A DNA stretch of 32,000 nt from Wolbachia endosymbiont of Dirofilaria (Dirofilaria) immitis. GTDB lineage: Bacteria > Pseudomonadota > Alphaproteobacteria > Rickettsiales > Anaplasmataceae. How positions within the stretch are numbered: the stretch's first letter is position 1; each line of letters starts with the position of its first letter. This document shows, in pieces, positions 1-9,767 of the stretch. Made by a program: the position numbers and the translations under genes. The notes beneath the pieces are model-generated. The model ran no database searches. It was not told where the DNA came from and saw only the letters and a list, made by a program, of their open reading frames with translations. The DNA lies in NCBI RefSeq assembly GCF_013365455.1, contig NZ_CP046578.1, forward strand, positions 888,123 through 920,122, written 5' to 3'.

Positions 1-2
1 AA

Positions 3-746
3 GCTAATGAAAGCTATTCAGAAAATGAACATCTCATAGAAAATTTAATACCCATAGAAAAATCTATATGCCATGAACCTAAAAAATATAATGAAAAAGA
101 TACTCCATTAGTTAAAGACAGAAAACTTGATTTTTATGTCAGCGCTAATAGCGGTAAGATATACTCTGATAATTCAAAGCCATTTGTAAACGGAATAAAA
201 GCAATTGGAGAGAGAGTTTTCACTTTAGTCAAAAGTCGTTATGACGCTATAATAAAAAATATAGTTACAGACAAAATTGAAAGCGTAAAAAAATTTAATG
301 GTGAAATTAACTTTCAGTGGTTTCACAGCATATCTTTAGGTTATTATGCTGGAAAAAACGGCCGAGTTGATTTTGAAGTTGCATACTCTAAAGTTGATAT
401 TAAAAATGGTAATCCTTCTCCAGTATTTGATAGATCAGCTAGTATATTTGCATTTTTGTCAAATGTTTATTATAACCCTAGTATTCAAGGTATACAAACT
501 GCCCCATATATTGGTCTTGGTATAGGGCCAGCAGTTTTCAGGTTAAGAAAGATTAATCGACCACCACAAAATCCAATGCCACTGAATGTTCCTTGGTTTG
601 CTTATCAAGTGAAACTTGGTATCAATTACTCAATAATTCCAGAAATTAAATCTTTCCTTGGTTACCGCTACTTTAGTATTCCAATACCTATTGTAGATGG
701 CATATCAACTCATAGCATTGAGGCTGGTTTGATATTCAATTTCTAG
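3..746 (+). CDS. Outer-membrane beta-barrel protein of the MSP4/OMP-1/P28 (Surface_Ag_2) family. C-terminal 247 codons only; the 5' end lies outside the window.
   Basis: Frame 3 is open from the window edge to TAG at 744-746. There is no in-frame ATG/GTG/TTG before the TTG at 456, so the ORF-track call 456..746 is only the tail. The blocks SISLGYYAGKNGRVDFEVAYSKVDIKN, APYIGLGIGPAVF and FAYQVKLGINYSIIPEIKSFLGYRYF, plus the terminal EAGLIFNF, parallel the P28/OMP-1 blocks as I recall them (GFAGAIGY..PRIELEVSYETFDVKN, PYICAGIG, SYQGKLGLSYSISPE, ELGGRFAF). The C-terminal Phe is typical of OMPs. Confidence 0.75.
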   Translation, partial: ANESYSENEHLIENLIPIEKSICHEPKKYNEKDTPLVKDRKLDFYVSANSGKIYSDNSKPFVNGIKAIGERVFTLVKSRYDAIIKNIVTDKIESVKKFNGEINFQWFHSISLGYYAGKNGRVDFEVAYSKVDIKNGNPSPVFDRSASIFAFLSNVYYNPSIQGIQTAPYIGLGIGPAVFRLRKINRPPQNPMPLNVPWFAYQVKLGINYSIIPEIKSFLGYRYFSIPIPIVDGISTHSIEAGLIFNF

Positions 747-1052
747 TAACCGTCTAATATATACACATTTTTTATCTTTATCTTTTTTAATCTAATAAAT
801 TAAACAGCAGCACAATATTTGCTTTTAAAAAGATAACATTTTCAATGCAATATAGCCTTAAAAGCTCATTTATCTTCTCTACGCTCTACAAGTCCACTGC
901 TTTTAATTTTAACGTAGAGTTCGTTCATCCCTCTAACTTCAAACAATTAGAATATTGCTACTCAATAAAGCATATAGTATAGAACCACTCTAATAGATCC
1001 TTATAAAAATATTATAAATGAGTACAACTTTGTTTCCATCTGACAGAACTAT

Positions 1053-1077
1053 AAAAAAAAAGCTTTACTAAGCTTTT
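1053..1077 (-). terminator. Candidate rho-independent terminator downstream of the CDF transporter gene; AT-rich and weak.
   Basis: The minus strand reads AAAAGCTT-AGTA-AAGCTTTT followed by five more T. That is an 8-bp stem with only 2 G-C pairs. It lies 117 nt downstream of the stop at 1194, between convergent genes. The plus strand has an A9 run before the stem, so it could act in both directions. Confidence 0.3.
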
Positions 1078-1193
1078 AGTCCAATGTTAACTCGACTATT
1101 GATTCTATTTTCAGTATTTAGAAAATACCACTCTTGAGAAACTATGTAAATCTCTTTTGCTCTAAGTTCCATAGCTAGCACCAACACATTAAA

Positions 1194-2090
1194 CTATATC
1201 TTCAATATCTTATCATCAGCACACTCATCGTATTCAATCTCAACTGTGGAATGTGCAATTTCAAACTCACTTAATAGTATTTTTTTTATTTCATACAAAA
1301 TATCAGTGTGTTGTGCATCTTGCCTTACTTTAGCATGCATGGTAATTATAAAATAATTGTCAGACAGCGACCATGCATGTATGTGATGTACATCAATAAC
1401 TTCAGGTAGCTTAGATACAATCTCACTCTTTATCCCTTCAGCAGACACCCCTTCAGGTGTGCCTTCAAGGAGAACATGACAAGAACTTTTAAGAATTTTA
1501 TAGCCACTGTTGAGAATTACTATGCTGACAAACACCGACAAAATAGGATCTACTACCTGCCATCCAGTTAGCATAATAACCATAGATGCAAATATAGCAG
1601 CTATAGAACCTAAAATATCTCCTATAACATGCAACACGGCACTTTTTATATTTATATTACTTTCACATTTACTATGCAATATAAAGAAAACTATAATATT
1701 AGCAATCAGCCCAAGCGTAGCAACAATTAACATTATTCCCCACTCAATATTAACTGGAAAAATAAATCTCTTTATTGACTCAATAATAATGATCACTGAA
1801 ATGAAAAATAAAGTTAAACCATTGACAAATGCCGCAATTATTTGCAACCTGTGATATCCATATGATCTCTGCAGATCAGATTTCTTAGTTGAAAATTTGT
1901 GTGCTATCCAACTCAAAACTAGAGCAAAAAGGTCAATAAGCATATGCCCTGCATCTGATAATAGAGCAAGTGAATGTGAAATTATTCCACCTATTACCTC
2001 CATAAACATCGTTATTGCGACTATTATTATGGAATGAATTAAACGCCTGGACTCTGCTATTGAATGTTTACCGTTGTGCACTGCTATCAT
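1194..2090 (-). CDS. czcD: Cation diffusion facilitator family divalent-metal efflux protein (CzcD/ZitB-like), 298 aa.
   Basis: Full ORF. It has six hydrophobic segments. TM2 carries HSLALLSDAGHMLIDL and TM5 carries HVIGDILGSI, the CDF metal-site motifs. The C-terminal cytoplasmic domain reads VIDVHHIHAWSL. Confidence 0.88.
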   Translation of the reverse strand: MIAVHNGKHSIAESRRLIHSIIIVAITMFMEVIGGIISHSLALLSDAGHMLIDLFALVLSWIAHKFSTKKSDLQRSYGYHRLQIIAAFVNGLTLFFISVIIIIESIKRFIFPVNIEWGIMLIVATLGLIANIIVFFILHSKCESNINIKSAVLHVIGDILGSIAAIFASMVIMLTGWQVVDPILSVFVSIVILNSGYKILKSSCHVLLEGTPEGVSAEGIKSEIVSKLPEVIDVHHIHAWSLSDNYFIITMHAKVRQDAQHTDILYEIKKILLSEFEIAHSTVEIEYDECADDKILKI

Positions 2091-2115
2091 ATAAAACCAT
2101 TTTCATGGGCAAAAG

Positions 2116-2188
2116 TGGGCAACACTGGACTCGAACCAGTGACCTTTTGCACGTCAAGCAAATGCTCTACCAACTGAGCTAGTTACCC
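2116..2188 (-). tRNA. tRNA-Val, anticodon GAC, 73 nt, no encoded CCA.
   Basis: The reverse complement reads GGGTAAC TA GCTC AGTTGGTA GAGC A TTTGC TTGACGT GCAAA AGGTC ACTGG TTCGAGT CCAGT GTTGCCC A. The acceptor stem is 7 bp with one T-G pair. The D stem is 4 bp and the anticodon stem 5 bp, with a 7-nt loop centred on GAC. The T arm has a TTCGAGT loop. The gene sits 25 nt upstream of the CDF gene on the same strand. Confidence 0.9.
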
Positions 2189-3187
2189 ATTGTAACTTTA
2201 ATATAATGCTTCAGCAGAATGAAAGTCAATTTGCTTTTAAAGCATTGTCCTATCACTCCACCTGACATGATCCAGAAATCTAACTGTATAGAATTTTAGC
2301 TATACTCTATGATTTTACATACTGAGTTAATTACTCATATCCTTTTGCTAAAATGGAAATTTACTATTTTTTAAGAAAATTACACCAAGGTTAAAACATA
2401 TATCCAAAAATTAAGCATGAAATAAAGAGCAAAATGTCTAACTATGCACCAAAACAAAATAATAGAACTAGAGTTATAAGAGATAAATTACAAACAACAG
2501 GTAAAGCCAGAACAAACAACTATCAACCTGTTAAAAATACAAAGATCATAAACAACCATGCTTTTACAAACCAATCTGTAAAAACAAGCTCACGGTGCTT
2601 TTTTTAGCAAAGCAGTTTTGAATTAACTATACAAGAAACATCTCCAAGAAGATAACTCTTTAAAAAACCTTCACTATTAAGTAATAATAAACAAATTTTG
2701 CAGAGAAAAGGGTATTTTTGCTTACAATAAATAAGTTATCTATTCTTGTGCCAAAGACGACATAAAATGTTATATAAATTACGAAACAAACTCAGTAAGG
2801 ACCATAATCATAAATATATGCCAATAAGTCAATATTATAGCTTCATATATAGGAAACTTATTATGTCGCATACTCTCAGAGCTTGAAAAAGGTCAAACTA
2901 AAAACAGATAAGAAAAATTCTGAACAAATATTAATAGAAAAGAAATTAGAAAATTATTAGGAGAAGCTCCCCAAAGAAGGATGAAAGAGTGGCTTAATGA
3001 TCCAGCAAAAATAAAAAATATCCAAATGTGGAATACAATGTATTATACGAAAAAATTTCCGAAAAACTTGTATATACTAGTATAAGTATTGGCCAAATTA
3101 AAAGAATCTATAATAAATATGGAATAATATCTCCAACAGAAAGTAAATTCAGAGAGATGAGAAAAGCTCAGAAAAAATAAGATCTAA

Positions 3188-3472
3188 CAAGTATCACAAA
3201 CAAAAACAGAGTCAACAACATTTCAGGGTAGAACAAATCTAAAAGTTACCGAAGATACGAAGATAATACTGACAGCAAGTTTAATCAGAACATTGACTTA
3301 TTCCAGAACAAAAGTTTTTAAAGATCTTACTAATCAGAATAACGACGACATTATCAATAACGAAGGTCTTCTCAAAGTGCTGGAAGATATTGTAAAAGCT
3401 TTCAACAAAATCTTTAGAATAAAAAAGACAATAATCACATTTTTAGCACACGGAAACGTGCTAACTTTTTAG
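3188..3472 (+). pseudogene. Unidentified coding remnant: a 94-codon open frame with no usable start codon near its 5' end, inside a 2.5-kb A-rich spacer.
   Basis: The hand translation ends ...NNEGLLKVLEDIVKAFNKIFRIKKTIITFLAHGNVLTF* and has no ATG or GTG. Its only in-frame TTG would leave under 60 aa. Neighbouring frames hold further protein-like pieces, for example 3640-3762 DLGKVLMKSLAEYVAQLTEEEKLVDFAKLASDEYKSIILE* and 3004-3183 ...ISIGQIKRIYNKYGIISPTESKFREMRKAQKK*. No family was recognised. Confidence 0.3.
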
Positions 3473-4732
3473 ACTGCTCTTATTTGAGGATAAGAAAAGC
3501 TACCAAAAGTATTTAAGTAGCAGTCATATATACATACTCTTATGCTGAAAACGCTAGAAACAGTAGTGATTTACTTATAATTATAGTCATCAAGTATAAA
3601 TTTGTCCATGCATTAATATTCTATTTAACCTCTAAGTTAGACCTTGGCAAAGTTTTGATGAAAAGTTTAGCAGAATATGTTGCACAATTAACAGAAGAGG
3701 AAAAACTTGTTGATTTTGCAAAATTAGCCAGTGATGAATACAAGAGCATTATTCTAGAATAAACAATCAAAAAAGCTATTGATCCTTCCCAAGGAGGGCA
3801 GTAGTCACTGCATATATTAAGAAACTTATCCAAATTTTATTGATAATTTTCTTTACACGGCAACAGGAGATAGGAAAACTCTAATGTTTTTTATTCCAAA
3901 AATAATGATGCAAAAGGCCTACCAAAGCAAAGTAAAAAATCCAAAGAAGAGAAGGGTTTTCTATAATCAAGTAAAACTGCTCAAGCGCTGAAGATAAGAC
4001 TGAAATTTGTGGTCTACTAATTTATTTTATGACTCAAAACCACCTAAAAAATCGGCAATATTTAAATAAAATAAAGAGTAAAAACAAATAGCATTGAAAG
4101 AAACAATCCTAAAAATAGAAAAGAGCTCTGATTAAGTTCAAGAAGAAAGCATAAGGCAAATGTTATTATAGATTATAACAGCACAAGAAACTCGTATAAT
4201 AAAGCTGAGGGAGCTGAGAAGCAATCTATATGAAAATTTTGACATAAGCTGCATCATCAATTATAAGATTGCTACTTTGATAGAAAGGTAAAACTTTACT
4301 TTGAAAATGGAAAATTTGCAATTTACGATGGGATGTAAGGAAGCTTATAGTGTGTTTACATGAAGATCAAGCATTTATCAAAATAATAAAGGATAGTGAC
4401 AATTATAGCTTGTCTATAAAAAATGATAAAGTAACAAGCAGTATTAGCAAAATAGGTAATCCAAATCGCGAATTGTTATCAGACTCTAGCCATCTTGACT
4501 CAGAAGAAAATAATATTATGTTATCAAGTTAATATCAAGAATTGAACTCCCACCTAGAAAATAGCTTAATGAAAATATTTGATTGTACAGTTGGTCTAAT
4601 CTATTATGAACACACAATTTAATTTAAACAAACACATAAAGAGTTGCTACATCCAAGCAACAACTCCTCATGTGTGGAAGTTGTTATACTAAACCAAGTA
4701 TAAGCTTTATAGAATTACATATTTTTTTAGTA

Positions 4733-5632
4733 TTAGCAAGGACTATAATAATGCAACACTGCCTTACGTATTGCTAACCCAAACTCTATTTGTTTTAAAA
4801 TAACACAATCTGCTATATCATCACTAATTTCAACACCTCTATTTATTGGCCCAGGATGCATAACAATCACATCCGGTTTTGCATACAATAACTTCTGTGA
4901 ATCAAGCCCATACAAATGAAAGTATTCTCTCTCTGAAGAAATAAAATAACCATTATTCATACGCTCCCTCTGCAACCTCAAAAGCATAATTACATCAGCG
5001 TCTTTTATACCTTCAATCAATGAATAATGAACTGAATCTACTTCAGTAAAATATCTATAAATCAAAGTTGGTGGTGCAATCAAACATATTTTCACTCCAA
5101 ACATTCTCAGTAATCTTATGTTTGATCTTGCAACTCTACTGTGTAAAACATCCCCACATATTACAATTTTGAGATTTTTCATTTGATCTTTATAACTGCT
5201 GATGACAAAAAAGTCAGTAAGGGCTTGAGTTGGATGCTCATTACTCCCATTGCCTGCATTAATCAGTGAACAATTAACACACTGAGCTAGCACATTAATA
5301 ATACCACTACTTTTTTGCCTGATTATTATATAATCAGGATTCATTGCATTCAATGTTTTCACCATATCTTTTAAATCTTCTCCCTTATTAATAGAAGAAG
5401 CCTTTATCGGCAAAGTTATAACATTTGCTCCAAGACTTTTTGCTGCTATTTCAAAGGATACAAGTGTACGTGTTGAATCTTCAAAAAATAAATTTATTAC
5501 TGTTTTATTTTTTAAAACATGACACCCTGCAGCTTTATTTCCTAGGTATTGACTAGCCAACTTAATTATATTTCCTACATCATTAATTGCAAGATCTTGT
5601 ACGCTCAGCAAGTTCTTTCTGTGACCTACCAC
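4733..5632 (-). CDS. pyrB: Aspartate carbamoyltransferase catalytic subunit, 299 aa, GTG start.
   Basis: Contains the ATCase motifs STRTLVSFE (carbamoyl-phosphate site), HPTQALTD, LHSRVARSN and HPGPINRGVEI. Confidence 0.93.
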   Translation of the reverse strand: MVGHRKNLLSVQDLAINDVGNIIKLASQYLGNKAAGCHVLKNKTVINLFFEDSTRTLVSFEIAAKSLGANVITLPIKASSINKGEDLKDMVKTLNAMNPDYIIIRQKSSGIINVLAQCVNCSLINAGNGSNEHPTQALTDFFVISSYKDQMKNLKIVICGDVLHSRVARSNIRLLRMFGVKICLIAPPTLIYRYFTEVDSVHYSLIEGIKDADVIMLLRLQRERMNNGYFISSEREYFHLYGLDSQKLLYAKPDVIVMHPGPINRGVEISDDIADCVILKQIEFGLAIRKAVLHYYSPC

Positions 5633-6402
5633 TATAGAGCTCCTCCTTAAGACATAACTGCAATTGAATCTATTTTACTCTCTTATTATCCTATTTTCAA
5701 TAAATCCATCCATAAAAATGGTAGTTTAATTCATAATTATCACACTAAAACAAGAACTGGCATCAACTGATAATTAGCATTTTAATTTTACTATGGTTAT
5801 CTATATCAATAACAAAAGTGAGGCTGAAAAATGGCTACTTGAAATAAAAAAAGACAGTAAAGTCAGCTTGATGGGTAAAATCTAAGATCAAGTGCTGTGG
5901 AGAACGGAGCCCATGGTTATTGCTTACCTGATTGTCAGAAAGGCTCTCATCTTAAGCTGATTTTTTTACAAGAGAATCAACATTACTATAATTGGCTCTT
6001 CTAACTAGGGAAAACTGATTAGTGGCATACCGCTATAGTCATTATGGCTATCAGTGGCATACTAGAGATAGTAAGCCTATCCAAAAAGTAGAAGTGTACT
6101 AGATAAAGGTTATGATAAACTAAAGTTGGGCAAAAGGTAAATACTAGATATAGGGGAAATTGATAGTAGACAAGATAAAAACTTTTAAGAAAGAAGTGGA
6201 AATAGAAAAACCAATTAGCAAAATAAGAAACCCAACCAAAGAAGCTACAGGAAAAAACATCATGAAACATTAAAATCAAATAATAAATTTTTCCCTGCAA
6301 TTAAAAGACTTATATAAGGAAGCTTAGTGAATAAAGAACACAATTAAAAAAAGAAATCAACAACACAAGGTTTTTTTACCAAGAGTCACTAAATGCCAGG
6401 CA

Positions 6403-7434
6403 TTACTTCCATTTACACTCATCAGCTATCATAACAGCTTCGAGCAGATGTTTCTCAAGCTTGCTGAGAGGTAGGTTGCTTTGTAAATAAGCTCCCCAAG
6501 ACTGCAATATATCAGAAGTTTCAACACCCTCAACAATAGGATATTCCTGATTTTTTTTTGCATATAATTCCTGAGCTTGCTTGCTTACTAAAAATTCCAG
6601 TAAAGTTATGGCATTTTCTCTGTTTTTTGCGTTTTTTGTTACTGCTGCACCACTAATATTCACCATCACACCATTATCATTTTGATTAGGAAAGAAAACC
6701 CCTAATTTATCTATGATATTCTTTTTATGTGCATCTTCAGATGAAAAGATTCTTGCAAAGTAATAGCTATTCACTATTGCAACACCTCCTTCACCAGCAG
6801 CTACAGCATAAATCTGATCAGTATCACCACCACTTGGCTTCCTTGCCATATTATTCACAATGCCACTAACCCATTCTTTTGTTTTTTCAAAACCATCATT
6901 AGCAATCATAAAAGCAATTAATGATCTGTTATATGGACTTGTAGAAGAGCGTACTAATATTTTCCCTTTCCATTTTTCGTTTGCTAAATCTTCGTAAGTA
7001 CTTAATTCTTTAGGATCTACTAATGCTTTATTGTAAACTAATATTCTAGTTCTTTTCGTGAGACCAAACCAATAATTTTCACTATCTCTAAATTTTGCTG
7101 GTATAGCACTTTTTAAGACCTCTGAATCCACTTGGGATAGAAGCCCTTCTTTTTTTGTTAAAATCAAATTCACCGCATCTGCAGTTAAAAGTAAGTCAGC
7201 TTCACCACCATTTTCCATGCGTGAAAGTAGTTGAGAATAATCAGCTATAACATAGCGCACCTTAATACCTGTGTTTCTTGTGAATTCATCAAACAAAGTA
7301 CGTACTAATTCTTCCTTACGTGATGAATAAACATTTACTACTTGTAAGTTGCCAGTACCATTATTTTTATATAGAAAAGCAATAACTATTAATACAACTA
7401 CTACTAAGAATGCCAACATTAAAGCTTTTTTCAT
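6403..7434 (-). CDS. afuA: Periplasmic Fe(3+)-binding protein of an ABC transporter (FbpA/AfuA/SfuA family), 343 aa.
   Basis: N-terminal signal or anchor MKKALMLAFLVVVVLIVIAF. Family-like blocks VNVYSSRKEELV, DLLLTADAV, SPYNRSLIAFM and VAIVNSYY. No cognate permease or ATPase gene is adjacent. Confidence 0.8.
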   Translation of the reverse strand: MKKALMLAFLVVVVLIVIAFLYKNNGTGNLQVVNVYSSRKEELVRTLFDEFTRNTGIKVRYVIADYSQLLSRMENGGEADLLLTADAVNLILTKKEGLLSQVDSEVLKSAIPAKFRDSENYWFGLTKRTRILVYNKALVDPKELSTYEDLANEKWKGKILVRSSTSPYNRSLIAFMIANDGFEKTKEWVSGIVNNMARKPSGGDTDQIYAVAAGEGGVAIVNSYYFARIFSSEDAHKKNIIDKLGVFFPNQNDNGVMVNISGAAVTKNAKNRENAITLLEFLVSKQAQELYAKKNQEYPIVEGVETSDILQSWGAYLQSNLPLSKLEKHLLEAVMIADECKWK

Positions 7435-7511
7435 ATTAAATGCAATAACTCCCCCTCCTCAACTAAAAGTAGCTAAATAGCAAAATCTTAGCAAGCGAAA
7501 GTTTGTTCAGC

Positions 7512-7551
7512 AATAATATTGATATCCCTTAATTAGAACATCAATATTATT
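7512..7551. promoter_or_regulatory. Perfect 12-bp inverted repeat (AATAATATTGAT-N16-ATCAATATTATT) 78-117 nt upstream of the afuA-like start; candidate operator.
   Basis: The arms at 7512-7523 and 7540-7551 are exact reverse complements. The position relative to the ATG at 7434 (minus strand) fits a promoter or operator. The AT-rich composition lowers its significance. Confidence 0.25.
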
Positions 7552-7621
7552 TAGGGAATTATTTTATCCACTAATGCTATAAACAGTAACTAGACAATTA
7601 TGAGATTGAACTACAACCTGT

Positions 7622-7661
7622 TCGAGAGTGAAGCTGCTGTGCTTAGCAGCTTCACTCTCGA
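7622..7661. repeat. Perfect 17-bp-stem hairpin (TCGAGAGTGAAGCTGCT / AGCAGCTTCACTCTCGA) with a 6-nt loop.
   Basis: The arms at 7622-7638 and 7645-7661 are exact reverse complements around the loop GTGCTT. The stem is about 55% G+C in an AT-rich spacer. No U-run follows on either strand, so it is not a canonical intrinsic terminator. Confidence 0.7.
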
Positions 7662-8458
7662 TTTCTCCAAGAACTTTTACTCCTTCATGCTTGACTTCTT
7701 AACAAATCTCTCCCTAACCTTTCTAGGGGTCAATCTTTCCTCAAGAATACACAAAGTTAGTGCAATTTTACTTTGTTACAGTAACATACACCAAAGTATA
7801 TAATTAATAGTACAAGTACACCTGAGCTATAAACAATGATAGCTCTATACTATGGTTCGAGGAGCTTAAATAAAATTCCTGCATATTATTGACCACATCT
7901 ATTATAAGTAAACCTAAAGCCTAAAGAAAGTGCTATATTCATAGCAACCACACCAGTCAATAATACAGTAAATAGTGGCCTATCATTGACTACTGACTTC
8001 CACCTTAGAAGCTTTGCCAATTACTCTTTTGTCAATGTTAATAAAATCGTTTTCAGTTTTCCCAAATATTAAGCACAAAATTTTAATGAGCACCATTACT
8101 ATATTCTAGTCTCATAGATTTCATAGCTTTATCTTCTAATTGATATTTTAATACCCCAGCTAAAAAATCTCTATTTGCACTTTCTACCTGTAGTTAACAC
8201 TCCTTAGTATTTCTAAGTTATTTTATTACACAAAATATTGGAATAACTATAAGTAATAAGACAAACACAATGACTAGTATAGTCACATACTCTTGGCTAT
8301 TTACAAAAAACGCGATAAACCTTGTTTTATCTTGCATACATACTAAAGCTATAGATATGCTAAGTATGATAGGCTTATACTAAAAATTATAAAACCCTTC
8401 TACCATACAGTATATTTTACTCTTAGCAAGATTCTGTTTATTTTTTCACCCAAGTTGA

Positions 8459-8819
8459 CTAAAGGAGTGTTAAGTCTGCTTTACTGTTTTCAACGTCAGA
8501 GTCATCTTACGGTGTAAAAGAAGTTGAAAATCCTGGATTATCAAACTCGTCACTGAGTACCTTTTCTAATGCTTTATTACTATCACAAGATGTGACCCTA
8601 CATATCTTCTTCAGTAGTTGACCTTTTTAAGCTATAATCACCTGCTCCATTACCAGACAATCTTAACACTTTCTGCCTTTTATTCTCAAGGCTTGATTCA
8701 TTAAACGGATTTACAAATTGTGAAATTTCACTTTCATCATTTCTTTAGGAAACGCTTGCACTAGGTGCTGGTATAATTTCTTGTATTATCTCGCCACTTT
8801 TACTTGCTTGCTTATAGAA
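8459..8819 (-). pseudogene. Unidentified decayed gene remnant encoding an acidic, Ser-rich protein.
   Basis: Minus-strand hand translation: FYKQASKSGEIIQEIIPAPSASVS*RNDESEISQFVNPFNESSLENKRQKVLRLSGNGAGDYSLKRSTTEEDM*GHIL, then after one frameshift DSNKALEKVLSDEFDNPGFSTSFTP*DDSDVENSKADLTLL*. It is protein-like with only a few disruptions. The plus strand here has C>G, as under intact minus-strand genes. Confidence 0.35.
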
Positions 8820-8939
8820 AGTTGATATTAATGTTTAACCTTCCCCATACTACTCTCCAAAATTAATCACACTGTTATGCTGACTACACTGTAATTACTA
8901 AGACGTAGTAAATACTAATCTAAGGATGAGTATAAAAAA

Positions 8940-9734
8940 TTAGTATAAGAATTGTCTATTAAAGATCCTTTCATCTAATGAATAATCTCTATCAAAAAGC
9001 AGAGTGATTGTATTTTCATGATCCTTCTGCATTTTTATCTGTGATATATTATGAAACTCCTTATAATCTGATACTACAACTGCTGGACGATTTTCTACAT
9101 CATTAACGTCAACTTGCACTATTGTATCATTCGAAATTAATGCACCGTTCCAATGTCTTGGGTAGTAACTATTGATAGAGGTCAGTGCAAGCAAGTTTGA
9201 GTTTAGCGGTAAAATTGGACCGCCAGCAGAGAAATTATACGCAGTGCTGCCTGTTGGAGTAGACAATATTATTCCATCACCTCTAAATTTTTCTATCTTT
9301 AGCTTGTTATTTATAGCAATATTCATTTCTACTATTTTATTCACTTTTCTAAAGACGTATACTTCATTCACTGCTATATAATGGTACCTCTTGCCGCTTA
9401 TATCTATAGCTTCCATTTTCAATAAAGTTAATTGAACTGAAGTTGCATACTCTATGTGATCAATTAAATCTTCACTACAACTAAAACATTTATTCATCAA
9501 AAACCCAACATTACCAGTATTTGTCCCATACACATGCATACTCTTATTTTCTATGACATAATTATGCAAAGTGTGTAGCATAAAACCATCACCACCAACA
9601 ACTATCAGTAAATCAGCCTCAAACTTACTCTCTTCTGTTATATTGACAAAATTAAGCTTCTGTAATAGCTTAGATACTTCCTGGGATTTAGGTGATAGAG
9701 AAGCAACATAACCTATATTTTTGTATCTATACAT
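8940..9734 (-). CDS. nadK: NAD kinase, 264 aa.
   Basis: Contains the GGDGFML motif, the NEV...R block, and GDGIILSTPTGSTAYNFSAGGPIL (the NAD kinase GDGxxxSTPTGSTAY signature). Confidence 0.92.
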   Translation of the reverse strand: MYRYKNIGYVASLSPKSQEVSKLLQKLNFVNITEESKFEADLLIVVGGDGFMLHTLHNYVIENKSMHVYGTNTGNVGFLMNKCFSCSEDLIDHIEYATSVQLTLLKMEAIDISGKRYHYIAVNEVYVFRKVNKIVEMNIAINNKLKIEKFRGDGIILSTPTGSTAYNFSAGGPILPLNSNLLALTSINSYYPRHWNGALISNDTIVQVDVNDVENRPAVVVSDYKEFHNISQIKMQKDHENTITLLFDRDYSLDERIFNRQFLY

Positions 9735-9767
9735 GTTTCAGTCAGTTCTCTAAAATAAAGAAGAAAA

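Noticed and set aside
2444-2620. A 58-codon basic ORF (MSNYAPKQNNRTRVIRDKLQTTGKARTNNYQPVKNTKIINNHAFTNQSVKTSSRCFF*) ending in a short stem plus T7.
   Set aside because: The stem is only 4 bp (AAGC/GCTT). The ribosome-binding context is weak and there is no recognisable family. The ORF lies in an A-rich decayed region where such ORFs arise easily. It is not supportable without expression data.
3621-3833. Spacer ORFs 3621..3833 (-), 4350..4532 (+), 6019..6300 (-), 7600..7803 (+), 13476..13688 (-) and 23431..23640 (+), considered as possible small genes.
   Set aside because: They show no family motifs and have low-complexity or hydrophobic-junk composition. ORF 6019..6300 is F/Y/L-rich. ORF 7600..7803 is read through the 17-bp hairpin. 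ORF 3621..3833 is antisense to a better plus-strand coding remnant. They are best treated as chance ORFs or pseudogene debris.
5872-5967. A possible small RNA or SRP-like RNA: long-range pairings TCAGCTT/AAGCTGA, TAAGAT/ATCTTA and GAGCC/GGCTC, followed by T7.
   Set aside because: The pairings require very asymmetric internal loops. There is no local terminator hairpin before the T-run. The conserved SRP domain IV sequence (GGAAGCAGCC-type) is absent.
8203-8476. A MITE-like unit of about 270 bp flanked by imperfect inverted repeats (TTAACACTCCTTAGT / ACTAAAGGAGTGTTAA).
   Set aside because: The exact match is only 12 nt plus one indel. A match of that size within 300 bp is expected by chance at roughly order-one frequency in 32 kb of AT-rich DNA. 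There are no target-site duplications and no second copy in the window.
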